From: Owenia fusiformis
Lineage: Eukaryota
DNA length: 64,000 nt
Assembly (NCBI GenBank): GCA_903813345.2
Contig: CAIIXF020000001.1
Coordinates: forward strand, 26,598,001 to 26,662,000
Direction: 5' to 3'
The notes beneath the pieces are model-generated. The model saw only the letters and a list, made by a program, of their open reading frames with translations, was not told where the DNA came from and did not search any database. The position numbers and the translations under genes were made by a program. Below, piece after piece: positions 42,780 through 55,200 of this stretch; the stretch's first letter is position 1; each line of letters begins with the position of its first letter.

Positions 42780-43668
42780 TGCACCTGACACCTTTGTCTA
42801 AATAGAATACAATAGTTGTCATATAAGATTGCTGTAAATATGGAAATACACATTTAAATACAGTAAAACCTGTGTACAGTGAACACCTATGGAGCCACAA
42901 CTTTAGGCAGAAGTTCACTACAGAAAGACAAAAAAATACAGACGTCAGTGGAGTATGTACATAGATGGGGTGTTCATTAGACAAAGGTGTTCACTAGAGA
43001 GAGGTGTTCACTAAGACAGGTTTAACTTTAATTCTATTGTGACCAAATAACCAAATAAACATGTCCAATCAGACCTTTTATTATTTAATTGACCAAATAG
43101 ACAACTGTGGGTTTCAATTAAGAATGGTAAATACTGCTTGGAAATTAAACTGATTTGATGGGTACTAAAAATTCTCATAGTTTTCTTGGTCTGAAAGATA
43201 CATCTAATTGATAGTGCTGAATTGATGGTCAAATACATGTCGTTAATCTACAGGGGATTTTTAGGTCTTTCAATGTATTTCATGAAATGAAGAGTGACTG
43301 CAAATAAAATATACATGCACCCGTCACCCCAACTCGAAGTTTGGTGTGATCTAAGTTACTTTTCTGCCTGGTTTTGTCCAAATGGCAAAAATAATATAAT
43401 CATAATTACGTTTCCCAAACTCCCATTTGTCCGTTTAACCTTACTCGAGTCTCTAGCCAATTCTTGGCTAGAAGTATTTCCATCTGGAACACTGTGAACT
43501 ATTGTAAAATTTCTAGCCTGGGTTCAATAAATTTAAGTATAATCTAAAATCGTCAAGTTAATATTTCATGAATTGAAATGGTAAAGGATTGTCTTGTTGA
43601 TGAGATATTGAAACTTTTTCATTTAGAATAGAAGTCGTCCCATTTTTGTCTGTTCTCAATAAGCTTAC

Positions 43669-43800
43669 ATATATATGGCAGCCTAGTCGACGGGAAAATG
43701 GTGGAACTCAGAGAAATTCTATTTCGCTATAAAAAAGAATAAATATCATGCGAGTCTTATTTATATAAGTGGCCACACTAAGTGGCCATAGAATATGGTA
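43669..43800. promoter_or_regulatory. Probable PIK3R4 5' non-coding exon/TSS and candidate divergent promoter
   Basis: The PIK3R4 ATG exon has an acceptor at 42797/8, so an upstream UTR exon is expected. A minus-strand donor gtaagc lies at 43663-43668 and a plus-strand donor gtaagt at 43798-43803, about 130 bp apart and pointing away from each other. Confidence 0.4.
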
Positions 43801-46115
43801 AGTTTAATCCATGTTGTCTGCTTATTGATACATAAAGACCCGCACAGTTGCATTCCTTAGAGGCAGTGTCTGATAGGAGCACAAAAAGAGAACCTCTTTA
43901 TATTTTTGCATTAGAGACGTGAATCAGATTTATTCATCTCAACTCAACTGACTCAACTCTAGTTGAATGGCCATGTTCATCTATGCAACTGTCAGATACC
44001 GACTCCTACATACAGTGTCAATCTCAGGAACAAATAAATGATCAACTGGACAGTTGGGAATTCCAAAAGCAATTAAAGAACGCTCTGAATATGATTTGGT
44101 GCTGCCTTGGTTTAGTTATATGACGACACTTGTGTCACATGACAGGAATTCCCTTCGATGGTGAGAAGCTCAAATTGTGTTATTCTGAAACTTAGTTGCT
44201 GATTTCTACATAAGACAGTGTTATGTGTTTGTAGGACCCCCACACAGGAAACCACTGAGTCGTGGCAATTGGCCTAGCCTCTCAGTATCAAAAAAATGAC
44301 CAGTGAAACAGTGAGTCAAAAGAAAAAATGAAAAAAATGTTGAAATCAGATCAACTCCAGTTTACCTTCTGCAATTATCTCCAAATCACCAAGTACGTCT
44401 GTATTAAATGTATAAAATATGTTTTAGTTTATTTTTTTATGATGCAACTTAATCAGGCGTGTATAGTCATGGTTAATATAGGACAAAATCCATAAACTCA
44501 ACTTTTTGCAACTTCCTATTTACAAATCTCCCGTTTCGTTCAGTGTTATCAGGTAGGCAGGAACGTGGTACTACTCTACTATTAATTTGCCGATTCACGA
44601 AGTAAATAGTACTAGATACCCATGGGGAGTAAGTCACCCCCCCCTCTCTAATATTCTATTGAGTCACTTACGCCCAATTTAAATACCAGGGTAATTTACA
44701 CAGAACTGTTTGTAAATGGTGATAGAGCCCATGGTTTTAGTGAAGGTAAAAACAGTAAAACCAATACAAATCACATGTCAATAGTTCTCTGTGGGTTAGT
44801 TATATGGGTATTCACTATTTATTGGAATTTATTCAATAACAGTTTATTTTGCAACCACGACATAAATTGCTGATTTGAAAATACACTCCATAAACGGATC
44901 AGAATAGCCATATTTACACTTGTGAATGAACATTTAACCCATTGATGTTGTTAAGTGGCATCGATTGATGGTTTGATGGTTAATATTATTATACTACATC
45001 TACATCAATAATCCGCAAAAGGCTTATAAGCCCATTTAAAGCAGATATATAGTTTAACAGTGATATAATTTGAATAGAATACAATTTGAACCTTAACATT
45101 TAAAAAATAGATCTATGGTTTACAGCTCATTTTAAAATGTACATTGAAATCATGCAACACTTCTCCACTTAAGGAGGCATCTTCCCCAAGGTGGATGCTC
45201 CCGTTCGTAGAAAAGTAGGCCATATTCAAAAATCATTTGTATAAAACAAAAACAAATTTTAAGAATGTACCATAGACCTATTGCTAAAATACAACTGAGC
45301 TTAATTGTTAAGCTGCTTGCTGACAGATTTAAAACTGGATAGGCTATTACTGTCTAAAATATCACTGGGTAGAGTGTTCCATTTTACTATTGTCCTTGGA
45401 AAGTAACTAAACTTGTATGCATCCGTTCTGACAGCTGGTTGAATGAAATTGGATGGATGGAACTGTCTAGTATTTGTGTTTATTTGAGGGCTGAAGTATG
45501 TGGGTATAGTGATGGCTGCTAAGTTGTGAGTTCCTTTGTAGAAGAGGGAAAGTCTAGAAGCCTACCTACAGGATTGTAGTGATCCCACTGCAGGTGTTGG
45601 AGAGCTTGGGTGACACAGCCTGGTTCCCTAGGGTGACATTTGGTAACAAATCTGGCTGCTCTCCTTTGTACCTGGTCCAGCATGTTGATATCCTTTGATA
45701 TACTCTCAAGTATCTGTCACATATTACTGAGGGAAATTGGTTTAAACTGATCCAAAGTTCCCGCCGATGAATGTATAACATGGAAGCCAAATATCTAGCC
45801 TCAAGATAATTCAAATGAATAAATAAACCAGATATTGGGTTTAACTTGTTGAACTAGCATTGAATATGCTAACAGTGGGTTTGATTGTGGTACCCCAATA
45901 AATGTGGGGTTAATTTTTCAATTATCAACCCCATAAGTACTTGTGTATTGAAATCTTGGGGTTGAAATTAAGCTGGATCAGTGTTTTTTTAGATAAAATT
46001 CAGCTTTTTATAAACTACTGACAACCTTTCGAAACGCAAAATGTCAATACTTCAAGTAGTTGTGGGAGTTGTTGGGGAAGTGAATCGGCAAATCAATAGT
46101 GGAGTGATACCAGTC

Positions 46116-46139
46116 ATGCGCGCATATTTAACCGGAAGT
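46116..46139 (+). promoter_or_regulatory. Housekeeping-type core promoter motifs upstream of the thioesterase gene
   Basis: Palindrome ATGCGCGCAT (46116-46125, NRF1-like) and ACCGGAAGT (46131-46139, ETS/GABP consensus), about 110 bp upstream of ATG 46246. Confidence 0.55.
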
Positions 46140-46245
46140 CGATCATCTGCAGAAATAAAGCTTTGCTCTCATCATTTCGGGCTTAAAGTCATATCTTTTA
46201 GTGGGATTACCATTTATATGTATAATAGTTGCAATCTCGTGGTGC

Positions 46246-49200
46246 ATGGGTGCCAATTCTTCTAGGAAAAAAATGAGTTCACCGACTAAGTTAGCTTCTA
46301 GCAAACATACTGCCACGGTAAGATTTACACAGAACTTTTTAGTTTTTTGTCTGATCATGGGCTCTATCAGTCTCAGTCTCCTTGTCATGCATTATTTCTC
46401 ACTGAGTTTGATACAGTTGAATTTGCATTTGCTTTGATATACAGTGCGAATAATAATAAACGGTGGGTTTTCAAACTAGAGATGAGACCACCTCAGACTT
46501 TTATCTCAAGGATAGAGTGCACAATTTTTGAAGTGATTTTACCTGTAGTCAAATCACTAATGGGTTTCTAACATGGTGATAGTTCGCGATCATATATATT
46601 CTTAGATTTTCGGCACACAGACTAATATGGACATTCTAAAAATTTTGATCCGCATTGCCAAGCGCGAATCGCACTCCTTCATGGTGAAAATTCAAGATGG
46701 CCGCCAAAAATATCGTCAAATATGTATATTTTTTTGATAATTTTTTTTACTGCCTTTATTTCAATAAAATGTGATAAATTAGTGTCTTCAAGTATTATCT
46801 AATAATATTCCTACCAAATGAATTTTTTATTAAGTATAAACATAAGAAATTGCTTTAATAGCGCCATCTTTTGATAAAATTATACCAAAATTGACGTCAA
46901 AATAACAAACATTTCCCTTATTCACTACTTCTTTTCAATAAAATTTGACAAGTTTATATTTTACCAAGGCTTACTGATAATATTCAACATATATCCGTCA
47001 AAATACTTCATTATAATCAATAAAGAAGAGTGCTGGGTAGCCCCACCTATAGGTATATATGCATTGAACTGCTCTGAAACATAAATTAATGATTATTATT
47101 TTATTCATGCTGACCCAATTTGCTTATTCTTAAATTTACTGTTATCTGTAATGAAAATGTTAGATTTTCGGCACACAGACTAATATGGATATTTTAAAGA
47201 TCTCAATACGCATTGCCAAGCACGATTCTCACTCCTTCGAGGTTAAAATTCAAGATGGCCGCCAAAATAATCGTCAAATAAGAATATTTTTTTGATAATT
47301 TTTTTTTCTGCTTTTATTTCAATAAAATGTGATAAATTAGTGTCTTCAGTTATTATTTAATAATATTCCCACCAAACAGTTCTTTATTAAGTATAAATAT
47401 AAGAAATTGCTTTTACAGCGCCACCTTTTGATAAAATTATACCAAAATTAACGTCAAAATAATAAACAATTCCCTTATTCACTTCTTCTTTTCAATAAAA
47501 TTTGACAAGTTTATATTTTATCAATGCTTAGTGATAACATTCAACATATATCTGTCAAAATATTTCATTATAATCAATAAAGAAGAGTGTTGTGCAGCCC
47601 CACCTATAGGTATATGCATCAAACTGAAACATAAATTAATGATTATTATTATTTTATTCATGCTGACCGAATTTGCTTATTCTTAAGTAACTGTTATCTG
47701 GAATAAAAATGTTAGTGTTTCTAGATTCAACAACATGTAAGTTGTAGAAAGTAGAAATGAGAGTTATATGAAGGGGGAGGGGGTATGTAAGTGGGGATAA
47801 GGTTTGTGGGTATATATTGAAGCATGTCACCCATCTTGATTTTCTGAGTGTTTCTGCACTCTGAAGTATAACAGAACTGTATTACAATTTTCTTCATTTT
47901 AGTTATATTGAAGTCAGTTTAAAGTCTAATATTCATTGTCTCTCATGTTGACGTGTATAAAGTCAACAAATTATATCAACCCAGACCAAACACCTGTACT
48001 TGCTGCTGAACAGCCCCTCTTTGCACTGTTCAAGCAGTAATAGTGGACAATGGCAAGAGATGGGAGAAAAAACGAAGCTGATAAGGATACTTGGTGGAAT
48101 ACACACTGAGATGGGAGCATTTCACATCTTGGGCAATCTATGAGAGAATACTTGGATGGATAATCTCCCTCTCTCAAGCTGGCATAGCCACATCTGGTAC
48201 AGCTGATTCCTTTATCAAAGTTAACCAACTCGCACTAACTTGCAGAGAACATCATATTTCTGCCTGTAGTCTTTATATTCTTGACAAAAAAGCCTGTGAG
48301 ACACATTGTTTGTGCTGTGATATCGATGAATAACCTCAGTTTGAGTTGGATGACTGGGTGAAAAACAGTCCCAGCTGAATGGCTCTTCCCAATTTAAGTT
48401 CTGGTCGATGGTAATGGATCTTAAACTTTTGAGAGGGCAACTTCAGCCTATACAAAGACACCCTTTCTGAGTTGTTGCCATGCCTTTTTATACTCAATCA
48501 CACAAACTAGTCAAGGTGGCTACCAGTTTTATCCGTGACATGAACCAATTTAATGCAACACACCAATCAGTGCTTGGTGAATTCAATAAGGGAAACTAAA
48601 CATTGATTAAAACAACAAGGCACATGACATGAACGAAATCATACCATCTAGACATTGTTTTGGACAGTTATGAAACTACATGTAACAGTTTAGAGTCTGG
48701 TATAAGAATTAAGAGAGGAAACAGTAAAAGGAGGCATATTTATCCTGAAAATTCCCTACCTAGAAACTGGCAAGATTGTTTGTGCTTGGAGTAAAACAAG
48801 AGAGAACTGTTTCAAATCCTTACTGCAAATGTGAGCAATATAATTATTCATGAACGAAAAAGACTTCTAGCAACCTTTGATCAGGATGTCATGTGTCAAT
48901 CCACAAAAACAATCCACCAAAGACAAATAACCTTGCACACAATCAACACATTTTTTCTGAAGGCACCAATATGAGTTGGATTTGACAAAGGGGAGACAGT
49001 TCAGGTACTTGGCAGCACATGAAATGGCGAATTCCATTGGGCCTCAAAAAGTCTATGTCTGCCATTATTCCACTCATTGACAAGTTACACCTGGATTTCA
49101 TGGAAGCAGGGGCAGAATTATAGCATGGGACAGATGAAACTCATTTTTACAACTGATGAATGCAATCCTCAGTCTAATAGATGATCCTTTATTAAAGTTA

Positions 49201-52200
49201 TGTTGCTGTATGATAAATTCAGCAATGACACCTCAATCAACACTGCAAGGAAGAATACATTTTTACAGAAGACTACTTCATTATTGACCAAATTCCTCCA
49301 ACAGCTGACGCCTTAATGCAACACTGCAAGGGAGCATTGTACCAAGGTGTGCATATCTGGGGTCAGTTTAACAAACCAAGTCCTATCATTCCCCGGGTAT
49401 CATTCCATCTCCAAAGAACTGGGGCTGGAGAACAGAGCCAAGAGACAACTCTCAGAAGCCATACAGGACTACCTTAAAGCAGATGGCTGATGCTAGTCAA
49501 CCATTAGTGTGGTTGTCAGAAGCAGTGTTTCCCATGAAGATGTACCATGTACCAGCTTGAAGGCTAGTCTAGTATGCACATCATTGTGTGCCTGCAATGG
49601 AGAGTATTCATTAGAATAACTAAGGGTTTAAATATGGTAATACTAGGCCCATATAAGATGCAAGATACCCCCTATTTACCCCCCCCCCCCCAAATTTATA
49701 TGGTTTACATCTTAGAGTTGGCATTCTACTATAAAATAATACTAAAGAATAGTTTTTTATTATGCATGGTACATGATACAGATCAAATCTTCCTTCAACA
49801 GTTCAATATATTATAAAGCACAGTTTTGATTTTGAACAATTTCACCAATAGGTGGCGCTATGAGAGACATTCTTCATTATGTGTTTATTTAAATATTGTT
49901 TGGAAAGGAATCAGTTTCTACTAAAACATACAAACCTAATATATTCTGATGAAAAAAGGATAGAGATATGATAGGTACAGTACTACAGTATATATGAAAT
50001 GTACATACCGTATTCTCTGTAATTACCGCCCACTCTCTAATAAGCGCCCACCCCGCTTCACAAAGTTCAAGAAACATCGAGGAATCATAATAATCCATAT
50101 TGAATGAAGGAATTGTTCTTTATCGGCATTCAGAAATTTCAAAAGCTACTGCGCAGATGTTCTGCGCATGTCAAGGTCGTGAACTTTCTGGTTTCTTTTT
50201 AATGTTTCTCGACTTTTACACGACTTTTGCACGAATAATGATGATCTCTCATCAAATTAGAAATAATGTATAACTTAAGATCGATATCCAGCAGTCTCTA
50301 GTGGAAATATTGAAGGTAATCGGCGATAATGACAAAGTGGGCGTGCCGGAAATAAATTAGACATAGACGGGTCTTCAACCACTGTCAATATTGTCTAAGC
50401 GATCTTTACCGTATTCTCTCCAATAACAGCACTTGTCATATTATTATAAAAATATGTTGAAGAAAATGCATTCTTGTCAAGAAAAATTGCCATACATGAA
50501 ATTCCTCGGGATTTCTGATTTCTTTCATACATGGGCGCTTATTAGAATGGTCTAAATAATGTATTTTCAATTTTCTAAACGCCCTGGGCGCTAATTACAG
50601 AGAATACGGTATTTTAATGATTTATCGAAAATTTGGACGAAATCTTAAAAATGGGGGGAATGAACAACCAAAATCTTCTTTTTTGATAATTTAAATATTT
50701 TTCAGGGTAGAAATATTATAAATTGATGTTGAAAAATACTAATTGACCACATTTTATAGAAAAAAAGAAATGAAAAAAATTATCAAATGAATATTATGTA
50801 ATTGTCGGCAATTTTGGCGGCCATCTTGGATTTTCACCAAGAAGGAGTGCAAACCGCGCTTGGCAATGCGGATCAAAATTTTTAGAATGTCCATATTAGT
50901 CTGTGTGCCAAAAATCTAAGAATATATATGATCGCGAACTATCGAGCCATTATTGACTGGGCTACTGTTCATTCTGCATTCAAATAAATCCTTTGAAATA
51001 TTTTGCGAACATGAATTACTTATACTTACCAGTATGTTCTATGTAGCATTCAAAATATGTTCTCAGTAGTGACTTCCTGCGAAAGCTATTTGGATTTTGA
51101 TATAATTGCTTTCCCACGGAGCATTTGGACAGCTGAATGATTGTGACCTTTGAAATCGAATTAAGTCGATCAGCGGCTTACTTTTGGTCTCTAACTGTGT
51201 ATTACATCAGTATCATCAATCCGTGTAAGTATTAGAGCGCTGAAGTACTTTTTCGATCAAGACTTATAAATTGTTCATCGAGTGAATGTTTTTTAGAGCT
51301 ATTTCCAATATGGCGGTTTGCTAGGAGAGAGATACGCAACGAAGGAAATGAATTTTGAGAATTAATTAGGTTTGGACAACCTCCGGAGATTTACGAAAAT
51401 GTCCGAGCAGAAAACACCATATTGGAATTTGGCAGTAAAAACATTCACTCGACTAACAATTACAAGTCTTGATCAAAAAGGAAGTACTTCAGCGCTCCAA
51501 TACTTGCACAGAAGGATGATAATGATGTATAACATAGTTAGAGAACAAAAGTAGGCCGCTGATCCACTTAATTCGATTTCAAAGGTCACTATTAATCAGC
51601 TGTCCACTTCCCCGTTTAAGAGTCATAAGTTTCAAAATCTAACATGGCTCTCGAAGTGAGTAACTCAGTAGCATTTAAAAAATATGCTCCATTAAAGTAG
51701 CATTCAAATTATGTTCTAGGTGGCATTCAAAATAATGTACATGTACACCGCCCTTCTGATGAAATCAAACTGCATAATATATTCAACTGAATCAGAAAAT
51801 ATTGCTAGTTGAATATAAAAAGATGTTATAAGGGAATATTTGCCTTATATTATAATATTCAAAAATGTTAGGACGCTACGCATTATTATCCCAACGAACG
51901 AAGTTCAAGGGGATATAGAAAAGCCATCCGTTCATCCGTCCGTCCATTGGTCGGTCCGTTCATATGTCTGGACAATAACTCAAATACCAGTTGATGGATT
52001 TCATTCAAATTGTATAAGGCTTATGCCTTGTGGGTGTGGGACCTCTGCTCGAGAAGGAATTTTCAATATGGCCACTAAATTCAAAATGGTGGCTTAATTT
52101 TCTGAAAAAATATAACTCAAATACTAGTGGATGGATTTGGTTTGGATTTTCGTAAAAAAACGTTATCTTTGATAACTCAAATCAAAAACCTGTTGACGGA

Positions 52201-55200
52201 TTTCATTCAAATTTTAAAGGCAAAAATATAATCTTTGACAACTCAAATACTAGTGGATAGATTCGGCTCAAATTTTATATGGCCGCTATTTACCAAAACA
52301 TGTTTTGTTTGGTGGGATGTGCTACTCCGTGGAGTTGCTGTTTTTCTAGTTAATTCTAGTCGATAGCTCAGATTTGTCAGTATCTCTAATCAATATTTCG
52401 CCATGTATTGTTCTTTTTAAATTGAAGGTGTATTGCATTTAGAAGTCTATGTTTCAACAGGCTTGAGTTTGCCACTAAAACCACTATATCTAGTACTTGA
52501 CAGTGAATAAATGAAGATGAATTCACATGGGTGATTCGTCATATCATCTGGGTTAAACTGACATCTTATGTAATTACTATTTTTGACAGTTTCCATAAGT
52601 AATTACACTCTGTAAACGTCCCCATGAGAATGGATTCTGCATTCAGAATTCTAGGCGAGTTCATAAAGATTTATTGTTGTTCTATGATTGTCACCTGACT
52701 TTTGAAACAATGTCAGACTTTTGAAACCAAGTCAGTGTTCTCCGTGTATTCATGGGCTCAACTCTAATTGAAAGTCCATGATGTATTTAAAGACCCAGCT
52801 GCATGGCTATTGGCTAGGCTCAGCAGCTACTGCTCAAAGACAAAATGCATGTAAAATTACATTTTGCTGTACCTCTCATATTTTTTTTGTACTTCCAGGT
52901 AATATTCTTACATGGGCTCGGCGACACAGGGTAAGTTAGCTTTCTAATGGTACATGTACGAAAAATAATTATTTTGAAAGTTTAAAAGAACATTGTTGTT
53001 TTATTATTTAATATTTTTTTGGGACTAATAAAGTAGAGTAAAATGCTGATCATAGATTTACTATATCGATTATGAAATTCTCAATCATAAATATTTGTTT
53101 GATATTGTTTTTCAGACATGGTTGGCTTGAGGCATTTACCCAGATAGCAAAGCCGCATATCAAATACATTTGTCCAAATGCGTAAGTTTATTACCTGAAT
53201 CTGGCTATTATTTGACAATGCTAGCAATTTGCAATATAGTATTTAATTATTAATATTGATTACTAGTGGTATTCAATTCAAATGTACATCTGTATTTATG
53301 ATTTACTGTAATCCTTAAAATAACCCACAGGGCAAACAACAAAAGGAAAATATATATCATTTAATTATCAGGACAGAGTTGTATTTTATGAAGACATTAT
53401 TTACTATAGGGAATTCAGAACAATTCAACAGAATAAGTGAATTAAATAAAGATGAGTAGAAATGTCCCATGTCATATCATATTATTAATTAGACATTAAG
53501 GCTCTAATCTTACTTTTCTATTAAAATTGGCTTTTCTAAAGAATTAGAACTAGATATGGATGTTTTGACAGGATGTCGGTTGCTAAGGAACATATTGGTT
53601 ACAGTTTATTGTAATTTTTAACCACTCTCTGACAAACATTGTATTTTAACAATTTACATGTACAAGTAGCTAAATTGTGAAGAATTTGCTGACTTTATAA
53701 TAAAGACAGTTGTTGGTTAATATTACATAGAAAACCTGTGAAAAAGACACGAGCTGAATGCAACTAACTTGTCTTTATGAAACAATCTTATAAGATGGAA
53801 AGCTTCATTCAAAGCTGCTGTCATCATTTTTTTATGATCAAACATTTTTATCTTTGCAAATGTCATTTTCTGAACTGATAATCTATTCATAATATTGAAA
53901 TAGAAAACGATCAATTATTTGGTTTTGCTTCAATGTTCATTTTCTTCACTTGCTTGGGATGATTATCTCAGTGTCTCAACCTATAATATGTTCTGCCATA
54001 TATTTCAATTGGAGTATGTCCCAAAGGTGCTATAGAGCACCATTGGTATGTAGTCAGAACATGCTTATAAATTGCTACATCAATTTCTAGGTACAGTAAA
54101 ACCTGTATATCCAAACACTTCTTTAATCCCTCAATGTGAACACATTTTTGGCCCCATAGACTTCCATTAAAATACTTCAAAATGTTGACACCTGCATATC
54201 TCATGGCATTTAAATGAGGCAGTTTTACTGTATGCTCTTTGCATCCATTGCACGATGGGAGACAAAAGGCAGAAATCTTAACACAGCTGGTAAATATTTT
54301 ACCGTCGCAAAGTGTAAAAATCCGATTGACTGCCTCTGTTATGGCAAAAAAGAACAATTCTATTAAAAACTGCTTCATAAACAATACAATATGAATAAGC
54401 CTCATTGGGAAAGTGATAATTGGAAAGATAACAAATTCTGACATTGTTTCTCATCAAATTGGTTTTATTTGGTACATCTTGACATATGTAAATGTCTCAG
54501 TATGAGTTGCTTGTTTTGAATTGGTTCAAGCGTGAGATCAATATTGATTAGATGACTCGAGGGAGTATATTGGTCAACCATGAATAGTTTATAGAATCAT
54601 GTTCATGTTAATGCATAAATCTGAATATAGATCAGGATTTGGTAATTTCCAATGAGCTTAAACAAGACTATGAATTTCTTTCCCTTTTACCTCACAGTAG
54701 AGATTGTTATTATTATGTCACCACCAAAAAGCGGTGACATATTGTTATGGTCTTTGATTTTTGTGTTGGTGGTTGGTGATCGGTGGGTGGTTGGCGATTG
54801 GCAGGTGGCAGTTTGCGTCTGTAAAAAAGTTTTCAGAAGTTCAAATCTGACTTAACATTTAAGATTTGGCCTTCAATGATCTATCCAAGGTCAAACAAGT
54901 TAAAAACAGTCAAAAGGTCTTTTTTCAACTTATGTCAAATTGACCAATTTTTTTTTCAAAATCGTCGACAAGTTATCAGAAGTTCGAATCTGAGTTCAAA
55001 TCTGACTTTAAATTTTAGATTTGACCTTCAATGAGCTTCTCAAGGTGAAAAAAGGTCAAAAAGTCATTTTTTCAACTTGCTTCAAATTGATCAATCATTC
55101 AAAATCATCTACAAGTTCTCAGAAATTAAAATCTGACTTAAGATTGAACTAATAATATTGTGAGCAACTAGGTGACATTTTGTAATGTTAACGCCTTGTC

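Larger units (their letters stand above)
46546..50964 (+). mobile_element. Academ-type DNA transposon fossil (4.4 kb) in thioesterase intron 1
   Basis: TAG...CTA termini, 3-bp TSD CTG (46543-45 / 50965-67), long TIR (46578-46710 vs 50812-50943), and decayed transposase remains in 47900-49620. Confidence 0.8.

Noticed and set aside
53968-54444. 158-aa minus-strand ORF
   Set aside because: Spans a MITE inside a thioesterase intron; no recognisable domain or splice support.
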